Under the pieces are notes generated by a model that was not told the DNA's origin, ran no database searches, and was given only the letters and a program-made list of their open reading frames with translations. Below, piece after piece: positions 52,799 through 61,946 of a stretch of 64,000 bases of DNA. This stretch comes from Promethearchaeota archaeon. GTDB taxonomy: Archaea > Asgardarchaeota > Lokiarchaeia > Sigyniarchaeales > SOKP01. Position 1 is the stretch's first letter; each line of letters starts with the position of its first letter. The position numbers were made by a program, and so were the translations under genes. The DNA lies in the NCBI GenBank assembly GCA_019058445.1, contig JAHPZA010000009.1, positions 352,001 to 416,000 of the forward strand, in the 5' to 3' direction.

Positions 52799-53542
52799 AT
52801 TAGTATTGATTGGACAAAAGCAGAGGAGGCCCCACAAAAAGCTCAAAAGGTTGAAGGAAAAGTCTTACTAGATTTGAGATCAAAGATTTCAAATTTAGAA
52901 AAAGAAGTAAATGAGAGTAAATCAAAATTAGACAAGACAAAAAGCGAATTAGATACGACTAAAGAAAATTTAACGAATACAGAAAAAAGCCTAAAAGAGA
53001 CAAATGAAAAACTATCTTCAACAGAAAAAGAAAGAAGTGATTTAAATGAAGAACTAAATAAACTCAAATCAGAGAAATCGGATGTGGATGGTAAATTAAG
53101 TGACACAGAGAAAAAGGTTTCAGAATTGGAGAGTAAAGTTGGTGAATTAGAACAAAAAATTGCTGAAAAAGACAAAGAAATTGAAAGTATTAAATCTGAA
53201 CTTTCCACTAAAGATAGTGAAATTGGAAAGATTAAAAGTGATTTAGAAAAAGAAATGGAGACTATCAAGTCTGACCTTTCCAGTAAAGACAGTGAAATTG
53301 GAAAGGTTAAAGGCGATTTAGAGCAAAAAGTCTCAGATAAAGATACGGAGATTGCTAGTCTTAAAAATGATCTTGAGGTAAAAGTAAATCAAATAAATGA
53401 ACTGAACGATAAAATTAGCTCATTTGAAGCACAGACTTCTGATGCTGAGGGTGCTCCAAATATTATTGAGCAAATTAAGGAAATAATGAAAACTAAAGGG
53501 TTTCTCTCTGACAGAGAATTTGAAGGGATGTTATCCCAATGA
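52799..53542 (+). CDS. Coiled-coil protein; probable ATT start
   Basis: SD AAGGTGA, then ATT-AGT-ATT-GAT-TGG; long heptad region with KDSEIGK repeats. Confidence 0.7.
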   Translation: MSIDWTKAEEAPQKAQKVEGKVLLDLRSKISNLEKEVNESKSKLDKTKSELDTTKENLTNTEKSLKETNEKLSSTEKERSDLNEELNKLKSEKSDVDGKLSDTEKKVSELESKVGELEQKIAEKDKEIESIKSELSTKDSEIGKIKSDLEKEMETIKSDLSSKDSEIGKVKGDLEQKVSDKDTEIASLKNDLEVKVNQINELNDKISSFEAQTSDAEGAPNIIEQIKEIMKTKGFLSDREFEGMLSQ

Positions 53543-53822
53543 TTTAATATTTGATCATCGGAATTAAGAAGTTTTCTTGAATAAGAATTCAATTCCTCAC
53601 AGAATTTTTTGTTTTTCTATTATTTTTTTTTAATTAATGGTTGAACCAGGAGTTGAGATAATATGTTAGATAACGATATACTAATCAAATAACAAATTAT
53701 GATCGTGAAACAATGATTTCACGAAAAAGTAGGGAAAAAGGATATACTTCTTAAAATATTGAGAGTATATATTTACTTAAATTAATTTCTTTCAATAATT
53801 TTATTTTAGTTAAGTTGATTAT

Positions 53823-54768
53823 ATGAAAGTGGGTTTACATATTGGTAAATTCGATTGGGGTAAAGATGCTGCGGAAATTAATAATAAGTTAATTGAAATT
53901 ATTCAGACTGCCGAGAAAAATAATTTTTTTAGTTTATGGGTAATGGATCATTTATTCCAGTTAGGTACTTAATATGGGACTATTCATGGTCCAATTAATG
54001 CTCCAATGTTAGAAGGTTATAGTACTATTGCATACTTAGCTGCTTTAAGCAATAAAATAAAACTTGGTGTACAAGTTACATGTAATTTTTTTAGAAATCC
54101 TGGTTTGTTAATAAAGATGATCTCAACTATAGATGTTCTTTCTGGCGGTAGAACATATTTTGGAATAGGAGCAGGGTGGTTTAGACAAGAAGCGAGAGGT
54201 TTAGGCATTCAATTTCCCTCATTAAATGAGCGTTTTGATCGTTTAGAAGAAACATTAGCAATTGCAAAACACATATGGAAAGGAGAAAGAAAACCTTACA
54301 ATGGAAAATACTATAAACTTAAAAAACCTATTAATAGTCCTCAACCCATAAGTAAACCTCACCCTCCAATTCTTATAGGAGGATCAGGTGAAAAAAACAT
54401 TAAGATTAGTAGCGAAATATGGAGACGCATGTAACATAGTGATCGGAACATCACTTAAAGAAGCAGGAGTTTTATATCAAGAAGATATTAATTGGCAGCA
54501 GAGGATTAAATATACAGAAAAGAAATTAGCAGTTTTAAAGAAACATTGCGAAGATCTTGAAAGACCTTATAATGAAATAGAAAAAACAATAACAACATAT
54601 ATTAAAATATCACCAGATGCTATGGATGCTGAAGAAGTTATAAAGATATGTCAAATCTTGGCTAATATTGGAATTCAGCATATTATTTTTAATATGCCTA
54701 ATATTCATGAAATAGAACCACTAGAAATAATGGGTAAAAAGGTGATTCCTGAAGTTGAGAAATTCTAG
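53823..54768 (+). pseudogene. LLM-class (F420-dependent) oxidoreductase pseudogene
   Basis: ATG at 53823 and WVMDHLFQ; in-frame TAA at 53970; frameshift in the A-run at 54391-54397 within the GGSGEK/KTLRLVAKYGD motif. Confidence 0.85.
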
Positions 54769-54955
54769 CATACTTAGAGAAAGTTGAAATTCCTTCCATA
54801 AATGATCATGAATATGGGTTAATTAAGATGAAAATATTTATCATATCAGCTTCATTATTCTTTTATTATTTTATAAGAAATAATTATCCATAGGAAAATC
54901 CTTTCCGATATTTTTACAATGCTCTTAAGTTTTATATTTTATTAGTAGTAATTTC

Positions 54956-54973
54956 ATATGAATCATTTCATAT
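54956..54973. promoter_or_regulatory. Inverted repeat resembling an ArsR/SmtB operator
   Basis: ATATGAA-TCAT-TTCATAT directly upstream of the heavy-metal ATPase. Confidence 0.55.
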
Positions 54974-55024
54974 TTATCAATTAGAGGATCATAAGATTTA
55001 TTTAGGTGATAAAAAATAAGTATT

Positions 55025-57175
55025 GTGGAATGTTCAAGTCCTTACTGTGAAATTGATGAGGAAGAAGAAGAGGAATCCTTTTTTGAAGAACATTTCTGGT
55101 ATTTTATAATTCCATCTGCAATAATCTTAGGAATCGCTATTTTTTTAGAATTTTTTTATGAAATGGTTTTATTAGGGCAAATTTTTGCGATTTCATCGAT
55201 TTTTCTTTCTAGTTATGGTGTTGTGACAGAAGCTATTGAAGACATTAAACATAAAAGGATAACAGCAAATATTTTAATGATAATAGCCGCTGTAGCTTCG
55301 TTTTTCATATTTCACGGACAAGAGGGAGCAACTGCGATATTACTTTATGCCATAGCTGAAAGATTGGAAGAAATAACAAATGATAAGTCAAGGAACGCGA
55401 TTAAGGAACTACTTGAATTAGCCCCCGATGATGCCTTATTAAAAATTGATAATGGTTATAAAAATGTTCCAGCAAAGGAGGTTCAAATAGGAAAAATAAT
55501 AGGAATAAAGCCGGGAATGAAAGTACCATTAGATGGGGTAATTATGAAAGGGAGCTCTTATTTTGATGAAAGCGCTATAACTGGTGAGAGTGTTCCGGTC
55601 TTTAAGAACGAGGGCGATGAGATTTTTGCGGCCAGCTTAAATTCTGACAGTTTTGTGGATATAGAAGTCACAAGAGAGAGTTCAAATACCATTGTAGCTC
55701 AAATTGCAGAAAGTGTCAAACAAGCGCAATTAAACAAAAGCAAACATGAAAGATTTATAGAAAAATTCGCACGATACTATACCCCAATCATCATATTGGC
55801 AGCATTGATGGTAATGATTATCCCACCTCTAGTCTGGGGTTTGGACTTTAATGATTGGTTTTATAGGGGATTGATATTGTTGGTAGTTTCATGCCCCTGT
55901 GCTTTAACATTATCTACTCCACTTGCAAATATCGCATCCTTAACAAAACAAGCTAGAGAAGGAATTTTAGTTAAAGGAAATAGATTTATTGAAGAAGTGA
56001 ATGATATAGAGGTATTTGCATTCGATAAAACGGGTACACTAACAGAAGGAAAATTAAAAATTTTTGAAATTTTTGCTTATAATGGGATTGACAGAGAGGA
56101 AGTAATTAGTATCGCTGCCAGTTTAGAAGCACTTTCAGAACATCCAATTGGTAAAGCAATTGTTAATGAAGCTAAAAACAAGGAATTAGCATTTCAATCT
56201 GTAGATAGTTTTGAAGTGATAAAGGGAAAGGGGATAAGAGGACAAATTAACGGGGAATCTTTTTATGTTGGAAGCAAAAGCTATATCGAAGAATTAAATT
56301 ACCAGCTACCTTTAAAAGATTTAGAGGATATAGAGAGTTCTGGAACTATCCCTATTTTGTTAGGTAATAACCAGAAATTATTAGGAATCATCTCAATTAG
56401 AGATGTTTTAAGAGTCACAGCTCCAATTCTAATAAATGGACTCAGAGAAAGAGGTTACGAGACGGTTTTAATATCTGGTGATAATCAGGCAGTATGTGAT
56501 TCGATTGGAGCATGCTTAGACATAGATCACGCTTACGGAGAGCAATTACCTGACCAAAAACTCGAAGAAATAAAAGATTTAAAGAAAAAATATAAGGGAG
56601 TAGCCATGGTTGGAGATGGAATAAACGATGCTCCAGCTCTTGCTTTAGCAGATTTAGGTATTGCGATTGGAGCCTCAGCAACAGATATTACATTAGAAAC
56701 TGCAGATGTTATTATTATTAATGATGATTTGAAAAAAATCTTAACTTATATTGACATTTCCAAAAAAACAAACCAAAAAATAAAACAGAATATTTGGACC
56801 TCAATAATTGTTAAAGTGTCTTTTGCAGTTTTAACAGTTATCGGTTTAATGACATTATGGCTTGCTGTAGGTATTGGAGATATGGGCGTATCTTTGCTCG
56901 TTTTGCTTAATGGGATGACAATTTTTAGATACAAATTTAAATATAAAGAAATTTCGTCTGAAGAACTGGAAACTGAGGCAAAAATACTAGTATGCGAACA
57001 TTGTAAAACTGAAAAAATTATTCCGCAGCATCATGGAAGAGATATGCTTCTTTCTAAAGATAACGACAAGTTAATTTGCTGGAGAAAGATGTTAGATAGC
57101 GAAGGTCTTGAGCCTTGTGAAGAAGAACTGCCACTTTTCTGCCCTAAATGTGAAAATTTATTAGAAGTTAAATAA
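55025..57175 (+). CDS. P1B-type heavy-metal translocating ATPase (Zn/Cd/Pb-like)
   Basis: TGES, SCPC, DKTGT, SEHP and GDGINDAP motifs; Cys/His-rich C-terminal tail. Confidence 0.95.
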   Translation: MECSSPYCEIDEEEEEESFFEEHFWYFIIPSAIILGIAIFLEFFYEMVLLGQIFAISSIFLSSYGVVTEAIEDIKHKRITANILMIIAAVASFFIFHGQEGATAILLYAIAERLEEITNDKSRNAIKELLELAPDDALLKIDNGYKNVPAKEVQIGKIIGIKPGMKVPLDGVIMKGSSYFDESAITGESVPVFKNEGDEIFAASLNSDSFVDIEVTRESSNTIVAQIAESVKQAQLNKSKHERFIEKFARYYTPIIILAALMVMIIPPLVWGLDFNDWFYRGLILLVVSCPCALTLSTPLANIASLTKQAREGILVKGNRFIEEVNDIEVFAFDKTGTLTEGKLKIFEIFAYNGIDREEVISIAASLEALSEHPIGKAIVNEAKNKELAFQSVDSFEVIKGKGIRGQINGESFYVGSKSYIEELNYQLPLKDLEDIESSGTIPILLGNNQKLLGIISIRDVLRVTAPILINGLRERGYETVLISGDNQAVCDSIGACLDIDHAYGEQLPDQKLEEIKDLKKKYKGVAMVGDGINDAPALALADLGIAIGASATDITLETADVIIINDDLKKILTYIDISKKTNQKIKQNIWTSIIVKVSFAVLTVIGLMTLWLAVGIGDMGVSLLVLLNGMTIFRYKFKYKEISSEELETEAKILVCEHCKTEKIIPQHHGRDMLLSKDNDKLICWRKMLDSEGLEPCEEELPLFCPKCENLLEVK
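56996..57175 (+). repeat. 180-bp direct repeat, copy 1
   Basis: Identical to 57935-58114 on base-by-base comparison. Confidence 0.95.
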
Positions 57176-57323
57176 AAAATCTAAATTTTCCAAATAATCC
57201 TTAAATAATATTCGATTTTTAACTCATCTATATTTTCAAATCTCGACTTGAATATTGGTAGAAATGTATTAAAAAAAAAAGAATTTTGAAGGTTTTTATT
57301 AATAATTAACCTTTTTTTAAATA

Positions 57324-57572
57324 CTACTTCCCTTTTTTAATCATTATTGCTCCAATAATTATTAGGATAATTCCTATAATGAGCATTGCAACACCCATTC
57401 CAGAATACATCGCACCGACATTGCCAGAATAACCATATGCTGCGGCTTCTGATTCAGCAGAACTAATCACTGAGCCTGCCCATATGTAATAAATCCCCGC
57501 GGGTAGTAATATTATACCTGCAACAAGTAAAATAATCCCTATAATAAATAATGCTAGATTTTTTGCTGCCAT
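57324..57572 (-). CDS. Small two-TM membrane protein
   Basis: Two hydrophobic helices; ATG at 57572 follows AGGGTG. Confidence 0.7.
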   Translation of the reverse strand: MAAKNLALFIIGIILLVAGIILLPAGIYYIWAGSVISSAESEAAAYGYSGNVGAMYSGMGVAMLIIGIILIIIGAIMIKKGK

Positions 57573-57934
57573 AGTAAACACCCTTGTTTTTTAAAAGATT
57601 TTAAAAAATGTGACTCTAGAATAATTTACAATCATTAATATTTAAAGCTTATCTAAAATAGAAGTGGTTATTGATTATCAAATATAATTAATCTCATAAA
57701 ACTACGGTGAATTTTAATTTCTATAAATGGAAATCTAATTCTCTTATAAAATTATATGAATCCATGCTAAATTATCTTGATTGTATCATAAAAATACGTT
57801 CTATCATTATTTCATTTTAAAAAGTTTCTCTTTCTTATGGAATTCGACCAACACGTTGTAGTTATACGAATTCCTTGCAATATGTAGTATTTTCATGGAT
57901 AATACTATAATATCAAGTAAAAATATTAGTATTT

Positions 57935-58114
57935 GAACATTGTAAAACTGAAAAAATTATTCCGCAGCATCATGGAAGAGATATGCTTCTTTCTAAAGAT
58001 AACGACAAGTTAATTTGCTGGAGAAAGATGTTAGATAGCGAAGGTCTTGAGCCTTGTGAAGAAGAACTGCCACTTTTCTGCCCTAAATGTGAAAATTTAT
58101 TAGAAGTTAAATAA
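57935..58114 (+). repeat. 180-bp direct repeat, copy 2 (3' fragment of the ATPase gene)
   Basis: Identical to 56996-57175. Confidence 0.95.
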
Positions 58115-58313
58115 TTGAAAAAAAATTGATAATTTGACCTCATTTATTTTTATTTACGTCTTATTTTTTACAACCGAGAAAAATAAAAATTAAATAAAGA
58201 ATAGACAACCTTACGTAATTTTACATTATTAGGAATCTATAGAGAACATTTTAAATCTAGGGTAATTTATCTTGCATACTGAATAATCTTAATTCAGTCG
58301 CATTTTTATTTAC

Positions 58314-58398
58314 GCGGGAATTGCCAAGTTTGGTCAAAGGCGCTGGACTCAGAATCCAGTCACGAAGGTGTTCGGGAGTTCAAATCTCCCTTCCCGCA
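58314..58398 (+). tRNA. tRNA-Leu(CAG)
   Basis: Acceptor stem GCGGGAA/TTCCCGC+A, anticodon arm CTGGA-CTCAGAA-TCCAG, long variable arm, T arm GGGAG-TTCAAAT-CTCCC; CCA not encoded. Confidence 0.95.
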
Positions 58399-58518
58399 CT
58401 TGTTTTATTTCAATTCTGGAAAGTTTACTTCGATATTTTCTAGTTCAATGGAAATACAAACTATAATAAATGAAGATGAAAATCTAATTATTAGCTCTTC
58501 AAAAAAAAGGTATTTATT

Positions 58519-58884
58519 ATGTCATATGAACAAAAACCATCTGAATTTGAGGAAGAAGCATCTACAAAGTCTAAATCTTTTAACTTTCGAGTATTCAAAC
58601 TAAATGTAGAATCGGAAGAATTTGAAGAACTAATGCTAAATAATGAAGATAAAGTCGTAAATTTACTCGATCATGATGAGATTTTACTATTTGTAGATAA
58701 AATGAATTTTCGTGTATGGATATGGGAAGGTGGGAAAACTTTACCAAGAATGAAATTCATGTCAGCAGAAGCAGCCCATAAAATTAGAGATCAGTATGCT
58801 TTTGATTATAATATTACTACTATAGATGACGGAGATGAACCTATAGAATTTAAAATGATTATAGGATTGGATTTAGAAACATAA
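58519..58884 (+). CDS. Single gelsolin-like domain protein
   Basis: LLDHDEILLFVD...VWIWEG...KFMSAEAA...IDDGDEPIEF gelsolin pattern. Confidence 0.75.
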   Translation: MSYEQKPSEFEEEASTKSKSFNFRVFKLNVESEEFEELMLNNEDKVVNLLDHDEILLFVDKMNFRVWIWEGGKTLPRMKFMSAEAAHKIRDQYAFDYNITTIDDGDEPIEFKMIIGLDLET

Positions 58885-59060
58885 TGAGAAATAGATGTTG
58901 AAGCATAATAGATTTAGTTAAGTTCTAGGGTAAATTTACATTTAATTATTAAATCCATTAGATTATGTTAAAATTACTAATCTATTTTCTATAGAAACAA
59001 TAATAAATAATTAAAATATTAAAATTATTATATTATTGAAAACTAAGAGTTAAGGATAGT

Positions 59061-59792
59061 ATGTCCAACGAGGAAAAACTACCTACTGATTTAAGCAAAC
59101 GGTTGAAAAAAGTTCAACTGCCTGAATTTGAAGAAGAAAAGTTAAGAATCTTTCAGTTTAATGATCAATTAGCAGAATATGAAGAATTAGACGTTGATGA
59201 GGGGGTTCCATTATATGAATTATTAGATCCTGATTTTATATTGTTGTTTGTAGATCCGGAACACTATAGAGTATGGATCTGGCACGGGGCAAACACTACA
59301 ACAAGAATGAAATTTATCGCAGCTAAAATTGCACCAAAAATAAGAGATCGATATGGAATAGCATATAAAATAACTGCCGTTGATGAAGGGCAAGAAACTA
59401 AGGCCTTTAAGATAACTTCAGGTATAGAAAAGGAAATAGATTACGAGAAAGAACAGACAGGGCCTGCTTATGAGGGTACAGCAGCAGATGATGAATTGAT
59501 TAAGGAACTATCACGTGAAAAAATCGTATTATTGTTAGAAAAAGCTGGAATTCCAGAGGGTTACCAGAGAAAAATGGTCATTGTAAAAAATAAAATATAT
59601 GGCTATAAGGAATATGACCAAAATTATATGGGTTCAGTGATTAAAGAAAAAAAATTATTTCCTTTAAAAGAACAAGTTCCTGATGGCCCTTATTTAGCAG
59701 AGAATTATGTACCAAGGATCTTATTCTCATTTAATAATGTAGTCATTACAGAACTTCTACAAAGAACTGAAACTGAAGATAGCAATAATTAA
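59061..59792 (+). CDS. Gelsolin-like domain protein with a C-terminal extension
   Basis: LLDPDFILLFVD...VWIWHG...KFIAA...VDEGQETKAF plus an extra domain of about 120 aa. Confidence 0.78.
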   Translation: MSNEEKLPTDLSKRLKKVQLPEFEEEKLRIFQFNDQLAEYEELDVDEGVPLYELLDPDFILLFVDPEHYRVWIWHGANTTTRMKFIAAKIAPKIRDRYGIAYKITAVDEGQETKAFKITSGIEKEIDYEKEQTGPAYEGTAADDELIKELSREKIVLLLEKAGIPEGYQRKMVIVKNKIYGYKEYDQNYMGSVIKEKKLFPLKEQVPDGPYLAENYVPRILFSFNNVVITELLQRTETEDSNN

Positions 59793-59823
59793 ATAAAGGC
59801 ATACCTTTTATTGGAGAAAAATT

Positions 59824-59970
59824 ATGAGTCATGTAAGGCGAAAACCAGCAAAAAGACCTATAAGAACGATTAAAAAGAAGCGTAAAAGAAACTGGACATC
59901 AATATTAATTTTAGTATTAATGCTATTTAGTGGTATTATAGGTATAGTATTTGTTGTTACTTTTACATGA
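59824..59970 (+). CDS. Small basic tail-anchored membrane protein (48 aa, not in track)
   Basis: MSHVRRKPAKRPIRTIKKKRKRNWTSILILVLMLFSGIIGIVFVVTFT; preceded by SD GGAGA. Confidence 0.65.
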   Translation: MSHVRRKPAKRPIRTIKKKRKRNWTSILILVLMLFSGIIGIVFVVTFT

Positions 59971-60044
59971 AAAATCCAAGTAAATAACTTAAAAACATCT
60001 CAATCTTTTAAGTATTTAATAAATTTTATCCATATATTTAAACC

Positions 60045-60737
60045 TTGAAGTTAAAAAAAGCAGATATAATTTTAATTGTTTTGTTAATGATTCTTACTTT
60101 TATTTCAATAGATCTATTCTTAAATAGGAGTCATCAAGAGGCAATTGAAAATATATCAAAATATGAACCATTCCAGAATTTAATGACGGGGCTTTTAATA
60201 ACATTTTGGGTGTGTGTAATTGGAAACCTATTGCCAATACCAACTCCTTACACTTGGGTTGTGTGCTACAGCTCATCACCGTTTTTAGCATTACATCCGT
60301 TATTTCCGTTGTTGGTTGGATTTATTGCAAGTGTCGGTTGTCTTGTTGGAGAAATGGGAGGTTATGTTATTGGAAGAAGTGCCGCAGAAGTGGTTTCAGA
60401 AGAACGAACGAGGGATTTTAAAAAGATGCATGAACTTCTAGTAAATCACCCGAAACTCACTCCATTCCTTATTTTTTTATTTGGTCTTACGCCTCTCAAT
60501 GATGATCTCATTATCGTTCCTCTTGGCTTAATGAAATATGATTTTAAGAAAACGCTCCTGTTTTGTTGGTTAGGAAAATTCAGCTTAATGCTTATATTCG
60601 CTTATAACTTACTCAATATTTGTAATTTAATTGGAGGAGAAAATTGGATAATAAGTATAATAAGCTTGTATATTCTTATTTTTTTAATTTATCTCTTTAT
60701 AAGAGTTGATTTCCTAAAAATAATATTCAAGGAGTAA
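60045..60737 (+). CDS. VTT/DedA-family membrane protein
   Basis: LPIPTP, GEMGGYVIGR, TPLNDD and GLMKY motifs. Confidence 0.8.
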   Translation: MKLKKADIILIVLLMILTFISIDLFLNRSHQEAIENISKYEPFQNLMTGLLITFWVCVIGNLLPIPTPYTWVVCYSSSPFLALHPLFPLLVGFIASVGCLVGEMGGYVIGRSAAEVVSEERTRDFKKMHELLVNHPKLTPFLIFLFGLTPLNDDLIIVPLGLMKYDFKKTLLFCWLGKFSLMLIFAYNLLNICNLIGGENWIISIISLYILIFLIYLFIRVDFLKIIFKE

Positions 60738-60793
60738 GAATTAACAGAATAGGTTAAAAATTAGATAATTATGAATAAATTAAAAATGAAGTA

Positions 60794-61021
60794 TTAAATA
60801 CTTTCTTTTGAATATTTTTCAATTATATAATTCTGAAGTGAAAACGCATATTTTTCAAGGTTTAGAATTAAAATTTTTTGTTGAACTTCCCTAAGATACG
60901 ATACATCTAAGGATTCAAATAAATTTTTTAAATTGTCGATTGAATTAAAAACCTCTACTATTATCTTCCAATCTTTTGCCCATTCTACATCATGATGCTC
61001 TTTACGTCCTATTTCCTCTAT
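60794..61021 (-). CDS. Hypothetical protein (75 aa) with probable ATA start (not in track)
   Basis: SD GAGGT, then ATA-GAG-GAA...: (M)EEIGRKEHHDVEWAKDWKIIVEVFNSIDNLKNLFESLDVSYLREVQQKILILNLEKYAFSLQNYIIEKYSKESI; no ATG/GTG/TTG in frame. Confidence 0.6.
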   Translation of the reverse strand: MEEIGRKEHHDVEWAKDWKIIVEVFNSIDNLKNLFESLDVSYLREVQQKILILNLEKYAFSLQNYIIEKYSKESI

Positions 61022-61183
61022 TTTTAAAACCTCTTTTTTAAAATTGATATTTTAAAATGATATATATTCTCTGATTTATCCCATAGTAACTTACCTTAAA
61101 AAATGTTTAGATAGTGAAGAATAAGTGATAATATAAAGCAACTAAGTTATTAAAACAAAAAAAAGAATAAAAAAAATACTAAT

Positions 61184-61768
61184 TTAATTTTGTATATGTA
61201 TAACAGTGGTATTTGATGCATTCTCCATGATTCGTAGTTTCTTCTTTTGATCCCCAGAATTCACGATTATGCCAATTATAAAATCAATAAGGAGTAAACC
61301 AGGATTGGCTTTAAAGAGATTATTTAGTAAATAATCTCCAGTAGCAGCTACCTCTAAAGAGTCTTGATTTACAGTCCTTATTTTCATAGCCATTTTACCA
61401 ACAGTTTGGCCGTTATTGCTAGTTTCTAAAATCCAGAAATAGAGAAGAGCTATCGCATAACCAATTATAAATGCTACAGCCACGTGTACTGTAGCAAATA
61501 AAATTCCATAAGCTATCCCAACTATAACAGCATCAATTATGAATGCAATAAATCTTTCACCAAAATCAGCATATTTTACACCTGCGGGGGCAGGTTTTGA
61601 TTTCTTTTCTTTTTCTGCTACTTGCTGTTTAGGGAGTGCCAGTTCAGTTTTTGGAGGTTCAGCTTCAGCTTCGGGTACCCTCTCTCTCAAATCCGCACCA
61701 CATGAGCTACAAAATTGAGTGTCAGTATCTAATTCAGAACCACAAGCAGGACAATATTTAACAACCAT
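61184..61768 (-). CDS. Zinc-ribbon plus RDD family membrane protein
   Basis: CPACG...FCSSCG, RFIAFIID and GQTVGKMAMKIR motifs. Confidence 0.85.
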   Translation of the reverse strand: MVVKYCPACGSELDTDTQFCSSCGADLRERVPEAEAEPPKTELALPKQQVAEKEKKSKPAPAGVKYADFGERFIAFIIDAVIVGIAYGILFATVHVAVAFIIGYAIALLYFWILETSNNGQTVGKMAMKIRTVNQDSLEVAATGDYLLNNLFKANPGLLLIDFIIGIIVNSGDQKKKLRIMENASNTTVIHIQN

Positions 61769-61877
61769 TACTTAAACCTTTCAATTATTTTTTTTAAATT
61801 TATATTATGACGATAATTATATAATATCTTTTTTATAGTTAAATTTTTTATAGTCCAATTCCTATTCTATTATAATT

Positions 61878-61946
61878 ATGAAAATTATGAAAATAATTCC
61901 TATTGGTATTATCATTACTAGTATTATTATTGGAATTATTATATAA
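61878..61946 (+). CDS. Putative Ile-rich leader peptide of cimA (22 aa)
   Basis: MKIMKIIPIGIIITSIIIGIII*, 13 of 22 codons Ile; about 25 nt downstream of TATA-like TTTTATAG and 117 nt upstream of cimA. Confidence 0.75.
   Translation: MKIMKIIPIGIIITSIIIGIII

Noticed and set aside
53823-54768. Selenocysteine/pyrrolysine or other stop-codon recoding
   Set aside because: The internal stop is TAA, not TGA or TAG, and it comes with a frameshift; no SECIS-like element was seen.
56996-58114. Diversity-generating retroelement TR/VR pair
   Set aside because: The copies are identical with no adenine-specific mismatches, and no reverse transcriptase is in the window.
58400-58603. 67-aa ORF directly after the tRNA
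   Set aside because: It overlaps the gelsolin gene and its promoter region and has no protein-like features.
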